Source: a virus
Lineage: Duplodnaviria > Caudoviricetes
Strand: one strand, 5' to 3'
Length of the DNA: 32,434 bases
Virus record (IMG/VR): IMGVR_UViG_3300024502_000032
Coordinates: 1 to 32,434 of that record
The notes beneath the pieces were generated by a model, which was not told the DNA's origin, made no database searches, and saw only the letters and a list, made by a program, of their open reading frames with translations. The translations under genes were made by a program, and so were the position numbers. Below, piece after piece: positions 27,541 to 32,434 of this stretch (position 1 is its first letter; each line of letters starts with the position of its first letter).

Positions 27541-27951
27541 GTCAGAGTACGTCTTTGGGTTGGGGAGGGTATCTCACTGCACAAAAGTAATGATTTTTCT
27601 ACATCGACACCTCAAGTCAGAGTATGTCTTTGGGTTGGGGAGGGTATCTCACGAGGAGGCTAAAACACTACAGAATTATTATCTGAAGTGTCAGAGTACG
27701 TCTTTGGGTTGGGGAGGGTATCTCACTTTGATTAAAGCGGTCTATAGCAGGTCTGACTTCCAAATGGTCAGAGTACGTCTTTGGGTTGGGGAGGGTATCT
27801 CACGCCAACATCGGTAGTAAAAAAGTGACAAAGTCGGTAGTGTCAGAGTACGTCTTTGGGTTGGGGAGGGTATATCACTAATTATGGCTAATTTGCCATA
27901 ATTAAAACTGAGGTATTAGAGTATATCTTTAGATTTTAGAGTATTATTTAA
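27541..27951 (+). CRISPR. CRISPR array 2: 5 intact 37-bp repeats plus a decayed terminal repeat; spacers 38, 37, 40, 38 and about 36 nt
   Basis: Repeats start at 27541, 27616 (1 mismatch), 27690, 27767, 27842 (1 mismatch); relic at about 27915-27951. Confidence 0.93.
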
Positions 27952-28032
27952 AGTATTGATTTAAATTTGGGAAGATTATTTAAAGTAAAGGGTTCGAATT
28001 CGATTCCTTTACAACTATTTATTATAGAACAT

Positions 28033-28104
28033 AGCGAGATAGTGTAATGGTTAACACATAGGATTCATGCTCCTATACTATCAGTTCGACTCTGATTCTC
28101 GCCA
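28033..28104 (+). tRNA. tRNA with CAT anticodon (Met, or Ile2 if modified); CCA not encoded
   Basis: Cloverleaf: AGCGAGA/TCTCGCC, GTGT/ACAC, TAGGA-TTCATGC-TCCTA, ATCAG-TTCGACT-CTGAT. Confidence 0.85.
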
Positions 28105-28180
28105 CTATTTTACACATTATAAACAAATCACTTTACATAATAGTATCAAATCACTTTACATATTATTAACTAAGGTATAT

Positions 28181-28471
28181 ATGAAAAAATATACATATTC
28201 TGTAAATCAATTCAGATGGGTTATGAATAATAATGCATTTTATGCTTCAGCAACTGATTTGACGTGTATATTGAATGATGGTTCAATCCATCCTCATCCA
28301 TTTCCGAATAATAAGTCTCAATTTTTTATACAAAATGAAAAGACAGGTGGCTTTAGAAGATTCAGATTCATCACAGAGAAAATATATGCTATTGACTATA
28401 GTAATGAGAGATATTTGACTGAACTAATATTTGAGTCTGAAGATAATATTAAATGTCATGTACGACAATAA
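28181..28471 (+). CDS. Hypothetical protein (96 aa, MKKYTYSVNQF...)
   Basis: Start moved to ATG 28181 because the upstream part of the ORF overlaps the tRNA. Confidence 0.65.
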   Translation: MKKYTYSVNQFRWVMNNNAFYASATDLTCILNDGSIHPHPFPNNKSQFFIQNEKTGGFRRFRFITEKIYAIDYSNERYLTELIFESEDNIKCHVRQ

Positions 28472-28513
28472 TCTCAGTGAATATATTTAACATAATATTA
28501 ACTATACCATCTA

Positions 28514-28544
28514 TTGACATAGAATAGTCTTTATAATATCTTTG
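28514..28544 (+). promoter_or_regulatory. Bacteroidota-type -33/-7 promoter
   Basis: TTG-N20-TATCTTTG upstream of ORF 28561. Confidence 0.6.
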
Positions 28545-28560
28545 CTGAAAATTAAAAGTT

Positions 28561-29118
28561 ATGAAATATTTGAAAGTTACAATTAAACATGAAACTGCAT
28601 CCTATAGAGTAGAGGATGCAAGGGATACTGGAATCTCAATTCACGAGGCATTCTCATTAATCTCAGATGAGCCTGTGGACTATACTACGGTTACTGAAAC
28701 TGTAGGTTCTAGGGTTATACTAGATTCTATGGATATATCCAATGAAGATTGGACTGAATTCGTAAACGAGAATAACAGGCTTAGAGAGTCTATGATTAGT
28801 TTTGCAGGTAAGTATATGGTAGACATTAATATTATGCCTCATATTACTCCCAAGTTCAAATTAGTAGATTCTAAACTTAAACATTCTGTGCACACTACGG
28901 ATGTTATATTACCTGAAGGTGTTTATTACGTAGCATATTACAATGGGATTAGTAAAAGACATTATACTATGTCTAAATCTCACGTAGTTAGTGTATCTTG
29001 GGAATACAAGAGAGTTAAGGCAGGGACATTGTGGACTATCATAGATGGGCAATGTTTTGATGCTCCTATACCTTTGAATGAAGATATTGTTAATTTTTTG
29101 AATGGTGTGTTAGACTAA
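28561..29118 (+). CDS. Hypothetical protein
   Basis: 185-aa ORF with its own promoter and terminator. Confidence 0.7.
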   Translation: MKYLKVTIKHETASYRVEDARDTGISIHEAFSLISDEPVDYTTVTETVGSRVILDSMDISNEDWTEFVNENNRLRESMISFAGKYMVDINIMPHITPKFKLVDSKLKHSVHTTDVILPEGVYYVAYYNGISKRHYTMSKSHVVSVSWEYKRVKAGTLWTIIDGQCFDAPIPLNEDIVNFLNGVLD

Positions 29119-29141
29119 TTTTTATCTTATGATTGTTAGAT

Positions 29142-29181
29142 TTTGGGGAAGATGGTTAGGTTCGTCTCCCCAAATTTTTTT
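29142..29181 (+). terminator. Intrinsic terminator between convergent genes
   Basis: TTTGGGG(A)AGATG...CGTCTCCCCAAA stem followed by T7. Confidence 0.65.
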
Positions 29182-29656
29182 AGTCTAAACCTTTTTCAAT
29201 ATGTATTTCTACAAAACCACTTTTAGTATGAGTATCATCAATTTCGAATTTAGAAAAATATGGATGATTTCTAAAGAATCTTACATATACTTTCTCTCTT
29301 AGTCTATCTCCTTCAAATGCTAGTATATTTAGCTTATCCATATCATTTATAAAGTCTATCATACAATCAGCTACAGTTTTTAGTACACTATTCATAAAGT
29401 CTATATCTTTCTTTACTCTATCTTTAGTTGACCCACCTTTAACGGCAAATGCAACGTCATAGTAATGCTTTCTCCAAAGATTGGGTGTTATATAACATTC
29501 GTAGTTTATATCATCTATAGAGAAGCTATAGAGGTATTCAGTGTATTTAAATCCTGAGTATTCTTTAGATATCTTGCGAACTTTAAATGAATATGATTTA
29601 GATTCGGTTTGTAAATCTTTCGATATGATTGTACTTAGAATTTCTTTTAATTTCAT
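29180..29656 (-). CDS. Hypothetical protein (MKLKEIL leader)
   Basis: 158-aa ORF. Confidence 0.7.
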   Translation of the reverse strand: MKLKEILSTIISKDLQTESKSYSFKVRKISKEYSGFKYTEYLYSFSIDDINYECYITPNLWRKHYYDVAFAVKGGSTKDRVKKDIDFMNSVLKTVADCMIDFINDMDKLNILAFEGDRLREKVYVRFFRNHPYFSKFEIDDTHTKSGFVEIHIEKGLD

Positions 29657-29659
29657 AAA

Positions 29660-29679
29660 TATATTTATATATAAATATA
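29660..29679. promoter_or_regulatory. Palindromic double TATTTATA motif serving two divergent genes
   Basis: TATATTTATATATAAATATA is a perfect 20-bp palindrome in a 33-bp intergenic gap. Confidence 0.55.
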
Positions 29680-29689
29680 AAATTGCTAA

Positions 29690-30526
29690 ATGAAACTAAT
29701 AAAAATTTTGCGAGAAGTCAATAAGAAGCTTCTAAAAGAAAACTCCCAGATAAGAGAATATATTACATCAGATATGATTTCTATTCGTGATTATTTTACT
29801 ACTACTAAAGAAGATAGAATTGAATATCTTCCCGAAGAGTATTACTATATGTTTGATGATTTTGTTACAGAAACTGATGCTGACTTTGAGTATCCTAAAG
29901 TATATGATGATGAAAGTGGCGAAGAGGAGACTATGTTTGAAGAATCTTATGAACTTGTCGGGTGGTTGAAAAAAAATAACAATAAAATATATAAAGAATT
30001 TGGTAATTATCTTTATAATAAGATAGAATATAATGAACTACCAATACCTCAAGCTTATTATCCTGCTTGGACATATTTCGATTCAGAAGTTGATTTAGTT
30101 AAAAATCAATGGTTAATACATTTCACTAAAGATGCTAAAGGTATAGAGGCTAGTGGATTCAAGTATGGAGTTGATGATATGACTAGAGTAGGTTTAACAC
30201 TGCATCTTGGTGATTTTGAAAAAAAATATGGTGGATATAACTTTGCATTTAGATTAGATAGATTTGAAAGGTCTAAAAGAAAATGGTCAGATGAGTACAA
30301 ATATGGTAGTGAAGCAGTAATATTCAGGGCATCGGGGATTGAAGCCTGGCATAGAGGTGACCAAGAGTATCAAGTACTATTCTATGGAAATACAGCAAGA
30401 AATATAGTAGCTATCTTAGAAGGTGAGAACAAGAGGTGGGGCATTTATAGTAAATCAGGGAAATTATTATTTGAAGATGATAATTTAACTAGAGTTGTTA
30501 CATGGTTTACTAAAAACTATACTTAA
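29690..30526 (+). CDS. Hypothetical protein (MKLIKILRE leader), possibly a degenerate ART-like C-terminal domain
   Basis: 278-aa ORF; WLIHFT...GF, YNFAF, QYQVLF. Confidence 0.65.
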   Translation: MKLIKILREVNKKLLKENSQIREYITSDMISIRDYFTTTKEDRIEYLPEEYYYMFDDFVTETDADFEYPKVYDDESGEEETMFEESYELVGWLKKNNNKIYKEFGNYLYNKIEYNELPIPQAYYPAWTYFDSEVDLVKNQWLIHFTKDAKGIEASGFKYGVDDMTRVGLTLHLGDFEKKYGGYNFAFRLDRFERSKRKWSDEYKYGSEAVIFRASGIEAWHRGDQEYQVLFYGNTARNIVAILEGENKRWGIYSKSGKLLFEDDNLTRVVTWFTKNYT

Positions 30527-30586
30527 TATAGAAAACAGTTACCTAATTCATAAAAATAAGTATTAACAAAGTATTAACAATTTATT

Positions 30587-30618
30587 TTTGGATATATAAA
30601 TACTTTAGTATACTTTTG
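30587..30618 (+). promoter_or_regulatory. Bacteroidota-type -33/-7 promoter
   Basis: TTTG-N20-TACTTTTG upstream of ORF 30674. Confidence 0.65.
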
Positions 30619-30673
30619 ATAAAGTTATTGTAATAACCGTTAACATTATTATTTCACAAATAAATCTAAAGTT

Positions 30674-30859
30674 ATGAGCAAATTTATTATCTTAGATTGG
30701 ATGGGAAACCATAAGTTTAAAGACAAGATTTTCGATTCTTTTGAGGAGGGGTGGGATTTCCTATACATTACTTTTCCTGAAGATGATTCATACTTCGATG
30801 ATTTCTATGTCACCGAGGTTACTGAAGATATTGCAAAAAAATATTCTATAATCCTATAA
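30674..30859 (+). CDS. Small hypothetical protein
   Basis: 61-aa ORF downstream of promoter. Confidence 0.6.
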   Translation: MSKFIILDWMGNHKFKDKIFDSFEEGWDFLYITFPEDDSYFDDFYVTEVTEDIAKKYSIIL

Positions 30860-30868
30860 TTTTTAGTT

Positions 30869-31156
30869 ATGTTAGATATTGTATCTGTAAAAGAATTCCT
30901 CCTTGAGGAAGGATTTGAAATACACACATATGATAGTGGATTCTATGAAATTCATGCTATTAAGAAATTTACTGATAATGAATTAATCAATGAATTAACT
31001 TATAGGTTTAATTATAATGTTAGTACATTTGAATGTGCAGTACAGTCTAGTGAATCTGTATACTATGATAGATATCCTTTATTCGATAATTGGATATGGA
31101 CTATGGAAGAATTACGTATTGTATATAATATAGTACTTAGAAGATTTACGGTATGA
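30869..31156 (+). CDS. Hypothetical protein
   Basis: 95-aa ORF, ATGA overlap with next gene. Confidence 0.6.
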   Translation: MLDIVSVKEFLLEEGFEIHTYDSGFYEIHAIKKFTDNELINELTYRFNYNVSTFECAVQSSESVYYDRYPLFDNWIWTMEELRIVYNIVLRRFTV

Positions 31157-31530
31157 ACTATAATAATGATTTTAAATATGATTTAGAGTTTGGACAAATA
31201 GGTGAGGAATTACTTGCAAATATCTTTAGCAATAAGAAACTAGAAGTTAAACGTGATAGTTGGATATATAAGAGTGGAAATATAGCTATAGAGTATGAAA
31301 GTAGGGGTAATCCATCAGGAATTCTAAAGAGTTTAGCTGACTATTGGGTATTTATATTTTCAGGTAAGTTTAATGATGAAATAATTCTTGTAATAGAAAT
31401 AAACAGACTAAAGAATATATTTCTGAAGTATTATAAGATGGGTAATGTAAAAGCTATGGGTGATAGTAACACATCATTAGCAGTTCTTATACCTGTATCG
31501 GAGATAACAAACTACAACAATTATTTATAA
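31153..31530 (+). CDS. Phage protein with PD-(D/E)XK-like motif
   Basis: DL..GQ.GE, LEVKRD, GNIAIEYE, S.ADYW motifs. Confidence 0.55.
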   Translation: MNYNNDFKYDLEFGQIGEELLANIFSNKKLEVKRDSWIYKSGNIAIEYESRGNPSGILKSLADYWVFIFSGKFNDEIILVIEINRLKNIFLKYYKMGNVKAMGDSNTSLAVLIPVSEITNYNNYL

Positions 31531-31671
31531 TCCTTTCGATTTATATTAGTTGGTAAAAGATATTTGCAGACCTCGGATTCAAATGGCCATATTTAATCTT
31601 TGATTAAACATTTCTTTAACATTTGAATGCGTCAGAGGATGAGTTGGCAGCCTGGAATTAGACAGGCAAAT

Positions 31672-31809
31672 AGCAAGGTGGCGGAAGGTAGACGCAATGT
31701 GAAATGAAAGTGGTTATTGCAAAGTTAAGGGAACATGTAATGGACGCTGAAAAACATTTAAAAATATTACCTTAATAATATTTGCAGGTATCAAATCCTG
31801 CCCTTGCAT
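31672..31809 (+). ncRNA. tRNA-Leu-like element A with expanded anticodon region
   Basis: GCAAGG/CCTTGC acceptor, TGGCGGAAGGTAGACGC D-arm, GCAGG-TATCAAAT-CCTGC T-arm, about 87-nt central region. Confidence 0.6.
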
Positions 31810-31838
31810 TTTTTTTAAAACATTTAAAAACAACGACA

Positions 31839-32147
31839 ATGATAAACAGACTTGATGAAAAAACTGCTGAAAAATATGGATTAAATTTTGATGAATTAAT
31901 AGATGATTTTTTTGAGGATTCTTATAAATCAAATATAAGCAATGGTAGTTATTATATACAATCTATTGTTAAAATTAATAAAGAATCTTATCCAGATGTT
32001 AATAAAGAACTATACGGATTTTGGGAAAGTAATGAATATATTTATGATGATTCAATTGGTTTTGATAAAGAAGAAATTCATACCTTATATAGAGTTGTTC
32101 AAAGTGAAAAACTAGTTATTACAAAATATTGGGAAAAGGTAAAATAA
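31839..32147 (+). CDS. Hypothetical protein (102 aa, MINRLDEK...)
   Basis: Start moved to ATG 31839 to avoid overlap with the tRNA-like element. Confidence 0.65.
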   Translation: MINRLDEKTAEKYGLNFDELIDDFFEDSYKSNISNGSYYIQSIVKINKESYPDVNKELYGFWESNEYIYDDSIGFDKEEIHTLYRVVQSEKLVITKYWEKVK

Positions 32148-32152
32148 AAAAT

Positions 32153-32292
32153 AACAAGGTGGCGGAATTGGTAGACGCTATTCAATCATCGTTGAAGAGG
32201 CAGAACAAAAACGTGATATTCGTGGTGTACGATAGAGCCACAAAAACAAAGTAGTTCATAAGTCCATACAGGTTCAAATCCTGTCCTTGCTA
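32153..32292 (+). ncRNA. tRNA-Leu-like element B with expanded anticodon region
   Basis: AACAAGG/CCTTGCT acceptor, TGGCGGAATTGGTAGACGC D-arm, ACAGG-TTCAAAT-CCTGT T-arm, discriminator A, about 89-nt central region. Confidence 0.65.
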
Positions 32293-32309
32293 CAAAACAA
32301 AAAACTATT

Positions 32310-32434
32310 ATGAAAAAAGAATTTGATAAAAAGTGTATTACAGAAACACTTGAAGAAGCTGCTGAAAAAGAATATCCTACAATTCACGAGCAGTCTCAAT
32401 ATGATGCTTTTATTCAAGGTGCAAAATGGCAACA
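32310..32434 (+). CDS. 5' part of a small phage protein (ETLEEAAE...FIQGAKWQ), truncated by window end
   Basis: ATG 32310, open frame to end of window. Confidence 0.7.
   Translation, partial: MKKEFDKKCITETLEEAAEKEYPTIHEQSQYDAFIQGAKWQ

Noticed and set aside
27503-27817. 104-aa ORF with the same N-terminus as 25471..25863
   Set aside because: It arises from the duplicated scaffold plus array 2 and is not a credible gene.
28067-28180. N-terminal extension of ORF 28067..28471
   Set aside because: It overlaps the tRNA; ATG 28181 is the better start.
1088-30300. Short antisense or alternate-frame ORFs nested in longer genes (e.g. 1088, 2605, 3129, 3340, 4333, 6321, 7483, 8419, 10857, 13873, 14692, 14992, 17272, 18423, 19511, 20289, 23115, 24353, 25874, 26162, 29787, 30106)
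   Set aside because: Shadow ORFs with no motifs, lying on or across better-supported genes.
30524-30553. Stop-codon recoding or readthrough (TAA followed in frame by YRKQLPNS)
   Set aside because: Genes are intact and tightly packed under code 11 with TAA, TAG and TGA all used as stops; a single short extension is not evidence.
31560-31667. tmRNA- or riboswitch-like fragments (GACCTCGGATTCAA; GCCTG-GAATTAGA-CAGGC hairpin)
   Set aside because: I could not build a tRNA-like domain, tag ORF or known aptamer fold; only one 5-bp hairpin is supportable.
31714-31932. Minus-strand 72-aa ORF and the 5' extension of ORF 31782
   Set aside because: They overlap the tRNA-like element and the plus-strand gene.

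Overview
Very AT-rich, gene-dense segment of a large (jumbo-type) tailed phage genome, standard genetic code, probably infecting Bacteroidota (TAnnTTTG -7 promoters with TTG/TTTG -33 elements). From left to right it holds a minus-strand virion/baseplate module (collagen-repeat protein, gp6-like wedge, gp25-like, gp5-like hub), a sigma-like factor, an HD hydrolase, an extreme AT-rich divergence point, Hsp20, a gp88-like radical-SAM-type protein, an amidase endolysin, and a run of small accessory enzymes (GH16, P-loop kinase, protein-kinase-like, SET, ParB/Srx-like, WYL). The standout locus is 25396-27951. An enlarged (about 502 aa) TnpB/Cas12f-like RuvC nuclease with intact D-E-D catalytic residues sits between two CRISPR arrays with the same 37-bp repeat and 10 different spacers. 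Each array is fused directly to an identical 76-nt multi-hairpin RNA element, and the second copy starts 6 nt after the nuclease stop codon, where a TnpB omega-RNA would lie. No cas1/cas2/cas4 or tnpA is present in the window. This looks like a compact phage-encoded TnpB-to-type-V CRISPR intermediate. The right end carries a tRNA(CAT) and two tRNA-Leu-like shells whose anticodon region is replaced by about 87-89 nt of other sequence. All functional calls come from motif recognition by eye; no database searches were run.
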